From: an uncultured Sandaracinaceae bacterium
GTDB taxonomy: Bacteria > Myxococcota_A > Polyangia > Polyangiales > Houyiibacteriaceae
DNA length: 24,569 nucleotides
Assembly (NCBI GenBank): GCA_964476875.1
Contig: CAYZDM010000001.1
Span: 1 to 24,569 of the forward strand
Direction of reading: 5' to 3'
Shown here: piece after piece, positions 15,307 to 24,569 of the stretch
Layout: each line of letters begins with the position of its first letter
How positions within the stretch are numbered: the stretch's first letter is position 1
Position numbers and translations under genes: made by a program
The notes under the pieces: model-generated
The model's database searches: none
Told to the model about the DNA's origin: nothing
The model's input: the letters and a program-made list of their open reading frames with translations, nothing else

Positions 15307-16836
15307 ATGTTTCGGGCAATTGCCAAGAGTCGCTATCTCGTTCCGGGTTTCTTGTGCTTCGCACTCGCGTTCGTAGTGGGCCCCGTCGTGGGCGCCTCGG
15401 GCGCGTTCGCAGGCGCGCAGGTGGCCTCCATCGCTGGGGTCGTCGCTGCCGTGCTCGGCTTGCTCGGACTGCTGATCATCGCATCGGGCTTGCCCGAGTC
15501 GCTTCCGCTCGAAGAAGTCGACGCGCAAATTAGAGTGATCCACGGCGAAATCGAAGCGGTCGAGGAGGTGATCGGTGAGAACGTGAAAGCGTTGTCCGGT
15601 GGTCTCGGAGAGCAGATGGTTGCCGTCGAAGAGACGGCGCGCGCGCTCAAGTCGATGGCGATCTCGTTGCAGGCGATCAGCGATCGGGTCGAGGCCCTCT
15701 CGTCGAGCACGGAGGAGAGTTCGTCGAGCATTCTTCAGATGACGGCGACCAACCACGAGGTCGCGGAGAACATGGGCAACCTCGGATCGAGCGTCCGCGA
15801 GACGGCATCGTCGATCGAGGAGATGACGTACAGCATCAAAGAGGTGGCGCGCAACGTCGACGGGCTCGCTCTCACCGCGGAAGAGACCTCATCTTCGATG
15901 AACGAGATGGATGTCTCCATCGATCAAGTGCAGTCGAATGCCAACGAAACCGCTCGTCTGTCCGAGGAAGTGGCGAGCGACGCCGAAACCGGTGCCGAGT
16001 CGATCCACAAGATCACCGACGAGATCAACCGCATCAAGTCATCGTCGCTGGAGGCGGTGAGCACGATCTCCAACCTGGGCGATCGGATCGAGGCGATCGG
16101 CGATATTCTCAACGTCATCGACGACGTAGCCGAGCAAACCAACCTACTCGCGTTGAACGCCGCGATTATCGCGGCGCAGGCCGGCGAGCACGGCAAGGGC
16201 TTTGCGGTCGTCGCAGACGAGATCAAGGACCTGGCCGAACGGGCCGGAGCGTCGACCAAAGAGATCGCGGAATTGATCAAGACCATTCAGGAAGAAACGA
16301 AGAACGCGATCGAGGCGGTCGAGCGCGGCGCCAGCACCGTCGATAGGGGCGTGACGGTGAGCGCGGAGGCCGAGAGCGCACTCAAGAAGATCCTCGAGTC
16401 GTCGCGGCAGTCGACGGCGATGGTGCGCGGGATTGCACGAGCGACGGTCGAGCAGGCGAAGGGCTCGAAGCAGGTCACCGATGCCATCGGACGCATTGCC
16501 GAGACGGTCCAACAGATCGCAGCCGCGACGGCAGAGCAGGCGCGAGGCTCGGAGCTGATCATGAAGAGCGCCGACAACATGCGATTGATTACGCAGCAAA
16601 TGGAGCGCAGCAGCCAAGAGCAGGCCGAAGGCGGGCGCCAGATGACCACGGCGATCGAGAACATCTCCGACATGGTCATTCAGCTCCATCAGTCTCACCG
16701 GAAGCATTCGGAGAGTTCGGAGCAGACGCTTGCGGCGGCGAACCGGATTCAGGAGCTGACGCGCGAGTACGAGCGGCGCGTCCGCATGATGAACCAAGCG
16801 CTCGAGCGTCTTCGTCAGATTCGTTTCGCGTCGTGA
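15307..16836 (+). CDS. Methyl-accepting chemotaxis protein, extended (about 64-heptad) signalling domain, no periplasmic sensor
   Basis: Hairpin tip [42 protein letters not shown]; two closely spaced N-terminal TMs; four 28-aa methylation-helix repeats on each arm. ATG 15307 preferred over TTG 15256. Confidence 0.93.
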   Translation: MFRAIAKSRYLVPGFLCFALAFVVGPVVGASGAFAGAQVASIAGVVAAVLGLLGLLIIASGLPESLPLEEVDAQIRVIHGEIEAVEEVIGENVKALSGGLGEQMVAVEETARALKSMAISLQAISDRVEALSSSTEESSSSILQMTATNHEVAENMGNLGSSVRETASSIEEMTYSIKEVARNVDGLALTAEETSSSMNEMDVSIDQVQSNANETARLSEEVASDAETGAESIHKITDEINRIKSSSLEAVSTISNLGDRIEAIGDILNVIDDVAEQTNLLALNAAIIAAQAGEHGKGFAVVADEIKDLAERAGASTKEIAELIKTIQEETKNAIEAVERGASTVDRGVTVSAEAESALKKILESSRQSTAMVRGIARATVEQAKGSKQVTDAIGRIAETVQQIAAATAEQARGSELIMKSADNMRLITQQMERSSQEQAEGGRQMTTAIENISDMVIQLHQSHRKHSESSEQTLAAANRIQELTREYERRVRMMNQALERLRQIRFAS

Positions 16837-16927
16837 CTCCCTTCAATACAGGGCGGTTGCTCCCCGCGGTCGGCCGGCCGTGCCTCTGGTTGCGTTTCGG
16901 GGGTGCAGCGATTCATCTTTGGGGCTC

Positions 16928-17314
16928 ATGTTTGGCATTGGCCCAACCGAACTAGCCTTCTTCCTGGTGATCCTCCTCTTGGCGGTGGGCCCGGACAAGC
17001 TGCCCACCTTCATGCGGACGGTCGGGAAGGGCCTGCGTCAGGTTCGTGGCGCGAGCAGGGAGTTCAAAGACGCGATTGGGCTCGATGAGCTCATGAGAGA
17101 GGGCGATCCGTTCCGAACTCCGCCGGTCCGCCCACCAAAAGTGCGACCGGTCCCAGTCCCTGACAAGGTGGCCGTCGCCCCTGCGCCGAGCGCCGAAGCG
17201 ACCCAGGCGGCCGCTGATACGGGCACCCAACAAGCTGACCCGCAGGCGCCTGCAACCAGCGAGCCTGAACCAGCACCCGATCCGGACGCGCCCCCCGAAG
17301 TGAAGCATTCATGA
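16928..17314 (+). CDS. tatB: Sec-independent protein translocase subunit TatB
   Basis: MFGIGPTELAFFLVILLLAVGPDKLPTFMRTVGK with Glu8, GP..LP hinge, amphipathic helix and Pro/Ala-rich tail; coupled to tatC by an ATGA overlap. Confidence 0.88.
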   Translation: MFGIGPTELAFFLVILLLAVGPDKLPTFMRTVGKGLRQVRGASREFKDAIGLDELMREGDPFRTPPVRPPKVRPVPVPDKVAVAPAPSAEATQAAADTGTQQADPQAPATSEPEPAPDPDAPPEVKHS

Positions 17315-18114
17315 CCGCGGAGCCGATTCAAATTCCCGAACCGCAGTTGCCGCCGATCCCCGAGCAGGAAGAGGAGATGACGTTCTTCCAGCATCTCGGC
17401 GAGCTGCGAAGTCGATTGTTGCGCTCGATCCTAGGGTTGATTCCGGCGGTCGCGATTGGGTGGATCTTCAAGAAGGAGATCAAGGACTTCTTGGTCGCCC
17501 CGCTGCAGCCGGCCTGGGAGAAGCTCGAACTGCCCGGTGAGGCGGTGCTGCGTTTCGCCGGGCCCGCCGACGCCTTCGTCATGTACATGAAGAACGCGCT
17601 CATCGTCGGCGTGTTGCTCGCTTCTCCCTGGATCTTCTGGCAGCTCTGGATGTTCATCGCACCCGGGCTGTACAAGAAGGAGAAGACGCTGGCGATTCCG
17701 TTCATCATCGCATCGACGCTGTGCTTCGTCGGCGGCGCGGTCTTTGGGTACAAGTTTGTTTTCCCCGAAGCGTTCACGGTGTTGCTTGGGTTCAGCGACG
17801 AGACACTGGTCGCGACTCTCTTCGTCAAAGACTACATGCCCTTCTTTCGTAGGATGTTGCTGGCGTTTGGCATTGTGTTCGAGGTGCCCGTCATCGTGAC
17901 GTTTCTCGCCGGCACAGGGCTAGTGACTTGGCAACAGCTGCTCAAGTTCTCGCGATGGTGGATCGTCTGCGCGGCGTTCATCTCGATGCTGCTCACACCG
18001 CAAGACGTCTACACCATGGTGATGATGCTGATCCCACTAATCCTGCTCTACTTCGTCGGGGTTGGCTGCGCGTATCTCATCAGCCTGTTCCAGAAGAAGA
18101 AGCCTGCTCTCTAG
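17311..18114 (+). CDS. tatC: Sec-independent protein translocase subunit TatC
   Basis: MTFFQHLGELRSRL, WQLWMFIAPGLYKKEK, FGIVFEVP, LLTPQD; six TMs; 267 aa. Confidence 0.96.
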   Translation: MTAEPIQIPEPQLPPIPEQEEEMTFFQHLGELRSRLLRSILGLIPAVAIGWIFKKEIKDFLVAPLQPAWEKLELPGEAVLRFAGPADAFVMYMKNALIVGVLLASPWIFWQLWMFIAPGLYKKEKTLAIPFIIASTLCFVGGAVFGYKFVFPEAFTVLLGFSDETLVATLFVKDYMPFFRRMLLAFGIVFEVPVIVTFLAGTGLVTWQQLLKFSRWWIVCAAFISMLLTPQDVYTMVMMLIPLILLYFVGVGCAYLISLFQKKKPAL

Positions 18115-18941
18115 CCGCGCTCCGGGACGGGATAAGGCGGGAACTGCGGCACGTCCTCCGGGATGAACCATTGCTCGCCCCAGAGGCTGGCGCCGCCGTC
18201 GATATACAAGGTCTGGCCCGTGATGTAGTCGGCGTAGCGCGAGGCGAGGTAGGTGATGAGGTGCGACACTTCTTCTGCGGTGCCGAGCCGGCGAAGCGGG
18301 TTCGCTTTCTCTGCGTTGTCGAGAAGCTCTGGGGGGTACTGCTTCGTACCACTCGTCACGATGACGCCCGGGGCGACGGCGTTGACCCGGATGCCGTGCA
18401 TCGCCCACTCGACCGCCAGCGTCTTCGTCATGTTGTCCACGCCCGCGCGGGCGGCTCCAGTGTGCACCATGCCCGGAAAGCCGCGGCTTATCTGCGCGAT
18501 CACGTTGACGATTCTCCCCCGCTTTTGCGGGATCATCGCCTTGTTGGCCACGGCGTGCGTCATGCTCCAAGTGCCGGTGAGGTTGTTGCGGACGACCGCC
18601 GCGAAGCCCTTTGGCGAGAGTGCTTCCGCGGTGGTTGGGAACTGACCGCCCGCGTTGTTGATCAGTATGTCGATGCGGCCGAAGCGCTCTAGGACGGAGT
18701 CGACATACGCCGATATCGCGTCAGGTTCGCGTATGTCGCACGGCGCACCGAAGGCATCGATTCCTTTGGACTCGAGCTCGGCCACCGCGTTCTTCAGTGG
18801 GTCAGGGCGTCGTCCGCAAATCGCGATCTTGGCGCCGAGGAGGCCCATTTCGGTGGCTGATATGAAACCGATCCCGGTTCCGCCTCCGGTGATCAAGACG
18901 ACTTCGTCGGAGAACACTCCATCCACGTACAGTTGATCCAT
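18111..18941 (-). CDS. SDR oxidoreductase, PECR (trans-2-enoyl-CoA reductase)/AtuB-like subfamily
   Basis: TGGGTGIG, CGR, NNAGGQF, FPGMVHTGAARAGV (HxxxR in place of YxxxK), RVNAVAPG, ITGQTLYIDGG. ATG 18941 preferred; alternative ATG 18953. The upstream part of track ORF 18111..19247 overlaps the REC gene and is discounted. Confidence 0.9.
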   Translation of the reverse strand: MDQLYVDGVFSDEVVLITGGGTGIGFISATEMGLLGAKIAICGRRPDPLKNAVAELESKGIDAFGAPCDIREPDAISAYVDSVLERFGRIDILINNAGGQFPTTAEALSPKGFAAVVRNNLTGTWSMTHAVANKAMIPQKRGRIVNVIAQISRGFPGMVHTGAARAGVDNMTKTLAVEWAMHGIRVNAVAPGVIVTSGTKQYPPELLDNAEKANPLRRLGTAEEVSHLITYLASRYADYITGQTLYIDGGASLWGEQWFIPEDVPQFPPYPVPERG

Positions 18942-18948
18942 GACGCGG

Positions 18949-18957
18949 CTCATACCA
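18949..18957 (-). promoter_or_regulatory. Putative extended -10 (TG-G-TATGAG), 7 nt before ATG 18941
   Basis: Read directly; no SD. Confidence 0.4.
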
Positions 18958-18985
18958 TGCGTCGCGACGCCGGACGATTCGACTG

Positions 18986-19375
18986 TCAGCCAGCTGCGAC
19001 GGTCTCGGGCTTGCGAGTCAGGCCCTTCACGAGCTCCCGCAAGTCCTCCGCAAAAAACGGCTTGGGGAGCGTGGCTTCGACCCCGAGGCTTCGGGCGATC
19101 TCGTTGCGGGCCGTGCTGGCGCTCAAGAGAATGACGGGGACTTCGGTGTGCCTCCAGCGACTGCGGAACTCGCGCAAGAACATCTCCCCGTCCTCGACGG
19201 GGAGCATCAGATCGACGACCATCAAATCTGGAAGCTGTACCGCGCACTGAGCCAACGCCGAGCGGACATCCCCCGCCGCAACAACCGTATGCCCTTCCTG
19301 CTCGAGCAGTACCCGGAGCATGTGCCGCACGGAGGGATCGTCATCGAGCACGAGGATCGTCTTGCTTGCCGTCAC
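18986..19375 (-). CDS. Single-domain response regulator (CheY-like REC)
   Basis: ILVLDDD, LMVVDLMLP (phospho-Asp), VILLSA, LPKPF; all catalytic residues present; 129 aa. Confidence 0.92.
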   Translation of the reverse strand: MTASKTILVLDDDPSVRHMLRVLLEQEGHTVVAAGDVRSALAQCAVQLPDLMVVDLMLPVEDGEMFLREFRSRWRHTEVPVILLSASTARNEIARSLGVEATLPKPFFAEDLRELVKGLTRKPETVAAG

Positions 19376-19381
19376 ACTTGC

Positions 19382-19390
19382 ATCCTAACA
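19382..19390 (-). promoter_or_regulatory. Putative extended -10 (TG-T-TAGGAT), 6 nt before GTG 19375
   Basis: Read directly; the predicted +1 falls on the start codon; no SD. Confidence 0.55.
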
Positions 19391-19436
19391 GCACGTCCGC
19401 TCATCGCGAATATACGCTCACTGCCTACATTGGAGC

Positions 19437-19445
19437 TGCTACCCT
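19437..19445 (+). promoter_or_regulatory. Putative extended -10 (TG-C-TACCCT), 7 nt before ATG 19453
   Basis: Read directly; the pyrimidine-rich CACCTCC before the ATG cannot be an SD. Confidence 0.5.
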
Positions 19446-19452
19446 CACCTCC

Positions 19453-20040
19453 ATGTCAGTTGGCCCTCGTATTGTGTCCATCGCGATCGTGCTCGTGGTC
19501 GGATGTGCGGCGCAGAAACCACCCGCATCGTCGCCAACTTCACTCGTCCCGGCCGATCTCTACCCGCTGCAAGCTGGCAATGCCTGGTCCTATGACGTCG
19601 ACACCGGTGACTCGTCCACGACGCTTGGGACCACGCGCGTGGAGGCCTTCGACGGGCGAGTCGCGGAAGTCCACACCGGGCGTGCGGTCGTGCGCTACGA
19701 GGTGCTTCCGGAGGGAATTCGAGTGCCGCCCGAGGACGCCTGGTTGCTACGTGCGCCACTCGTCGAAGGCGCAACATGGCCTGGCCGTGGAGGGCGGACC
19801 GCTCGATTGAACTCGACGGACGCGAGCATCGAAACCCCAGCCGGGCGTTTCGAGCGATGCGTGGAGATCATCGAGACGGGGGGGCAACTCGAACTGGAAG
19901 TGCGCACCGTCTATTGCCCACAGGTGGGTCCGGTTGCGGTCACTTCGACGATGCACTCCAACGTGAGCGACCGGGCGTTGACCGTCTCGGCGGAGCTCCG
20001 TGGCTACGATGTCAGTCCTGATCGGAGTCCGGATCGATAG
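19453..20040 (+). CDS. Hypothetical beta-rich lipoprotein (YPLxxGNxWxY motif; DUF3108/TapB-like by resemblance)
   Basis: MSVGPRIVSIAIVLVVG-C lipobox; LYPLQAGNAWSYDV; LLRAPLVEGATW; ETPAGRFERCVEI; YCPQVGPV. Confidence 0.75.
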   Translation: MSVGPRIVSIAIVLVVGCAAQKPPASSPTSLVPADLYPLQAGNAWSYDVDTGDSSTTLGTTRVEAFDGRVAEVHTGRAVVRYEVLPEGIRVPPEDAWLLRAPLVEGATWPGRGGRTARLNSTDASIETPAGRFERCVEIIETGGQLELEVRTVYCPQVGPVAVTSTMHSNVSDRALTVSAELRGYDVSPDRSPDR

Positions 20041-20437
20041 CCTCGACCTCGACTTCGACGAAGTGCGTGCGGAGCTCGACCACCATCGACACGGAACCAT
20101 TGGCAAGGAACACCTGCCGCCAGTTGCGGCCGCTTGGGTCGGTGACTTCGAGTGCGTGCCGTGTCCCAGGCTTCACGCCAAACAAGGTGTTGTCGATCCT
20201 TCGTCCGTCCAGCGAGACCTCGGCATCTGACGGGACACCGAGCAGTTCGACCGTCGCCATCGGAGGTTCCGACTGAAATGTTGCGGACTTTTGGCTTGCC
20301 GGTCCACGCTCCTTGAGGGCCCAGGCGATCGCTACCAGCACGGCGAGCACCGACAGTGCCATCATCCACCGGCTGTCCAGTACGCGCCCGACGCTGTTCA
20401 GAGGTTTTCCATCGTGCTCTTTAGGTGGCTGGGCCAT
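20012..20437 (-). CDS. Small bitopic membrane protein with PEGA-like C-terminal domain
   Basis: SD GGAG 5 nt before ATG 20437; TM WMMALSVLAVLVAIAWAL; TVELLGVPSDAEVSLDG...VKPGTRHALEV matches the PEGA pattern (V...P.gA.V.lDG...pG.H.l.v). Confidence 0.7.
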   Translation of the reverse strand: MAQPPKEHDGKPLNSVGRVLDSRWMMALSVLAVLVAIAWALKERGPASQKSATFQSEPPMATVELLGVPSDAEVSLDGRRIDNTLFGVKPGTRHALEVTDPSGRNWRQVFLANGSVSMVVELRTHFVEVEVEAIDPDSDQD

Positions 20438-20485
20438 CGCTGCTCCGGATCGCCACGGCTTTGAAACGTGCGCGATCGCGTTGCC

Positions 20486-20495
20486 ATTGTAGGAT
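20486..20495. promoter_or_regulatory. Overlapping divergent -10-like hexamers: TACAAT (minus, 20486-20491) and TAGGAT (plus, 20490-20495)
   Basis: Located in the 97-nt gap between the PEGA gene and the ABC ATPase gene; -35 elements unconvincing. Confidence 0.35.
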
Positions 20496-20534
20496 GCTCC
20501 CGCATGTTCCGTCACCTTCCGGGGTGCTTTCTCC

Positions 20535-21458
20535 ATGACCACTGCAATTCTCGAAGCGCGCAGCCTCACCAAGAGTTACGGGGACAAGCTGGTCGTGGAT
20601 CACCTCGACCTCACCTGTCGGCGGGGCACGGTACTTGGCCTCCTCGGGGCGAATGGCGCCGGCAAGACAACTACCCTGCGGATGCTGTACGGGTTCGTGC
20701 CTCCCGACGCTGGATCGATCTACTACTCCGGGAAGCGATTTGACGAGAATCGAGCCGAGGCCAAGCGATCGATTGGGGTTTGCACCCAAGAAGATTCGCT
20801 CGACTACGATTTTACCGTCGCCCAGAACCTCCTGATCTACGCGAGCTACTTCCGGCCGAGAGTTCAAGACCTCCCGGGTCGGGTCGCCGAGCTTCTCGAT
20901 CGGTTCGACCTGACCGAGTACGCAGATGCCTCACCCCATGTGCTGTCTGGCGGCTTCGTTCGACGACTGTTGATCGCGCGATCGATCGTGCACCGGCCGA
21001 GCATCTTGTTCTTGGACGAGCCGACGACTGGCCTCGATCCCAGTGCCCGGCTCGATGTGTGGGAGCTGATCGACAGCATGCGCGCGGATGGCATGGCGAT
21101 CGTCCTCACGACCCACTACATGGACGAGGCCGAGCGTCTGAGCGACGAGTTGCTCGTGATTCACGAGGGACGAGGCGTGGCGCACGGCGAGCCACGTCGC
21201 GTCATCGACCGCGTGCTAGGCGATCATGTGATCATCGTGCCGCGCAGTGAGCCAGCGCGAGAAGAGATCGCGACCTGGCTGAAAGCGCGCGGCGCCGAGC
21301 AAGTAGCGACCGTACTCGGGGAGCTTCGAGTTCCGGTGAGCAAAGAGCTCTTGGCCGACTTGACCACCCGTTTCACCGACGCCAGTTGGCAGGTGCGCCC
21401 ACCAAATCTCGATGATCTTTTCATTGCCCTAGCGCGCCGCAATGGGGGGACCGAGTGA
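20535..21458 (+). CDS. ABC-2 exporter ATP-binding subunit, NodI-like
   Basis: Walker A GANGAGKT, signature LSGGFVRR, Walker B LFLDEPTTGLD, H-loop TTHYMDEAERL, C-terminal RPPNLDDLF. Confidence 0.93.
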   Translation: MTTAILEARSLTKSYGDKLVVDHLDLTCRRGTVLGLLGANGAGKTTTLRMLYGFVPPDAGSIYYSGKRFDENRAEAKRSIGVCTQEDSLDYDFTVAQNLLIYASYFRPRVQDLPGRVAELLDRFDLTEYADASPHVLSGGFVRRLLIARSIVHRPSILFLDEPTTGLDPSARLDVWELIDSMRADGMAIVLTTHYMDEAERLSDELLVIHEGRGVAHGEPRRVIDRVLGDHVIIVPRSEPAREEIATWLKARGAEQVATVLGELRVPVSKELLADLTTRFTDASWQVRPPNLDDLFIALARRNGGTE

Positions 21459-22273
21459 GCGCATTGAAGAGTCTCACCGCAGTGGCTGACTGGCGTTCAT
21501 GGGCGGTATTTCGCAGAAATGCGCTGGTTTTCTTGAGGAATTGGCGCACCGCGATCATTCCGCCGGCGATGGAGCCGGTCATCTTCTTCATGGCCTTCGG
21601 CATCGGCTTCGGTGGCTACATCGAGAGCCTCGACTACCACGGCGTCGACATCAACTACGCGACCTACGTCGCTGCCGGCCTGATCGCCTACACGGGTTTC
21701 GGCACGCCGTACTACGAGGCACTCTACTCCGCGTACGTCCGCATGTTCTATCAAAAGACTTGGGACGGAATCCTTGCGACTCAAGTCGAGCTCCCGAGCG
21801 TCGTATGGGGTGAAATCCTGTGGGGTGCCGTCCGCGGAATGGTGAACATCTCGATCGTGTCGTTGGTCGTTGCGCTGTTCGATCTACTGGGCATCGTCGA
21901 CGTCAAGGTTGAGTTCCTCGTCGTCATGCCGTTTCTCGGATTCGTCGCCGGCTGTGCGTTTGCCTCGTTTGCACTGATCTTCACCGCGATCGTCCCCGCG
22001 ATCGATCATATGAACTATCCGGTGTTCTTGATCGGCTGGCCGTTGAGTCTCGTCAGCAACACGTTCTTCCCGGTCGAACCGCAAAGCCCGGCGCTCTGGG
22101 CGCTCATGCAGATCAATCCTGTGTATCAGTTGGCCGAGTGTGCGCGTGGTCTCCTGGTGCTCGGAGACCCTGGAGATCACCTCGTCGGCTTGCTTGGATC
22201 GACCCTGCTTTTCCTCGTTCCTTGCACCCTTCTATCCGTTCGATTGACCCGTCGACGAGTGCTTGGCGACTGA
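21455..22273 (+). CDS. ABC-2 type permease, NodJ-like
   Basis: WAVFRRN..VF.RNW...EPVIFFMAFGIGFG, YATYVAAG, KTWDGILAT, SNTFFPV, INPVYQLAECAR; six TMs; GTGA overlap with the ATPase gene. Confidence 0.92.
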   Translation: MSALKSLTAVADWRSWAVFRRNALVFLRNWRTAIIPPAMEPVIFFMAFGIGFGGYIESLDYHGVDINYATYVAAGLIAYTGFGTPYYEALYSAYVRMFYQKTWDGILATQVELPSVVWGEILWGAVRGMVNISIVSLVVALFDLLGIVDVKVEFLVVMPFLGFVAGCAFASFALIFTAIVPAIDHMNYPVFLIGWPLSLVSNTFFPVEPQSPALWALMQINPVYQLAECARGLLVLGDPGDHLVGLLGSTLLFLVPCTLLSVRLTRRRVLGD

Positions 22274-22302
22274 GGTTCCGGCACCCAGAAATTTACTTGT
22301 TA

Positions 22303-22315
22303 GATCAATAGGTTA
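22303..22315 (+). promoter_or_regulatory. Putative IHF binding site upstream of gyrB
   Basis: GATCAATAGGTTA versus IHF consensus WATCAANNNNTTR: only the first position mismatches. An AT-rich tract (22287-22302) lies directly 5', as expected for IHF sites. Confidence 0.55.
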
Positions 22316-22316
22316 G

Positions 22317-24569
<2,253 letters not shown>

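Noticed and set aside
16837-16927. Palindrome CGGCCGGCCG (16871-16880) and a short CCCT/AGGG stem as terminator or operator
   Set aside because: Pure-GC palindromes are frequent in such genomes; no U-tract.
20438-20572. Longer starts for the PEGA gene (20536, 20572) overlapping the ABC ATPase start codon
   Set aside because: They would leave no promoter space; ATG 20437 has a good SD.
20504-20743. Possible leaderless out-of-frame ORF (TAGGAT-8-ATG 20504) overlapping the ABC ATPase start
   Set aside because: The product has no protein-like features and no independent support; worth revisiting only if the TSS maps at about 20502-20504.

Overview
High-GC (roughly mid-60s % by eye, not computed), densely packed chromosomal core region. 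The domain repertoire (TPR lipoproteins, REC/DUF4388 membrane protein, PEGA protein, extended-length MCP, GyrB with the proteobacterial-type insert) points to a deltaproteobacterial, probably myxobacterial (Myxococcota), genome; this is inference. I support 20 CDS: a 3'-truncated ArnT/GT39-like GT-C glycosyltransferase (absent from the ORF track) and its coupled small membrane protein; bifunctional rel (relA/spoT); a CPBP protease; a large NlpI-like TPR lipoprotein coupled to an uncharacterised HerA/DUF87-type ATPase; a VOC enzyme; trpS; a lipoprotein; a 902-aa REC/DUF4388/TM/TPR protein; an SCP2 protein; a sensor-less extended MCP; tatB-tatC; a PECR/AtuB-like SDR; a single-domain response regulator; a second lipoprotein; a PEGA-like membrane protein; a NodI/NodJ-like ABC-2 exporter; and gyrB (truncated by the window end, also absent from the ORF track). 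I found no RNA genes, mobile elements or CRISPR arrays. Most notable: (i) about ten genes that lead transcription units lack a Shine-Dalgarno and carry a -10-like hexamer 6-9 nt before the start codon, the signature of leaderless mRNAs; (ii) the TPR-lipoprotein/HerA-like ATPase operon with a divergent CPBP protease, a candidate undescribed envelope system; (iii) the trans-membrane REC-DUF4388-TPR protein; (iv) a 64-heptad-type MCP with no ligand-binding or HAMP domain; (v) an IHF-consensus site just upstream of the gyrB promoter. All domain calls come from motif recognition by eye, not database searches.
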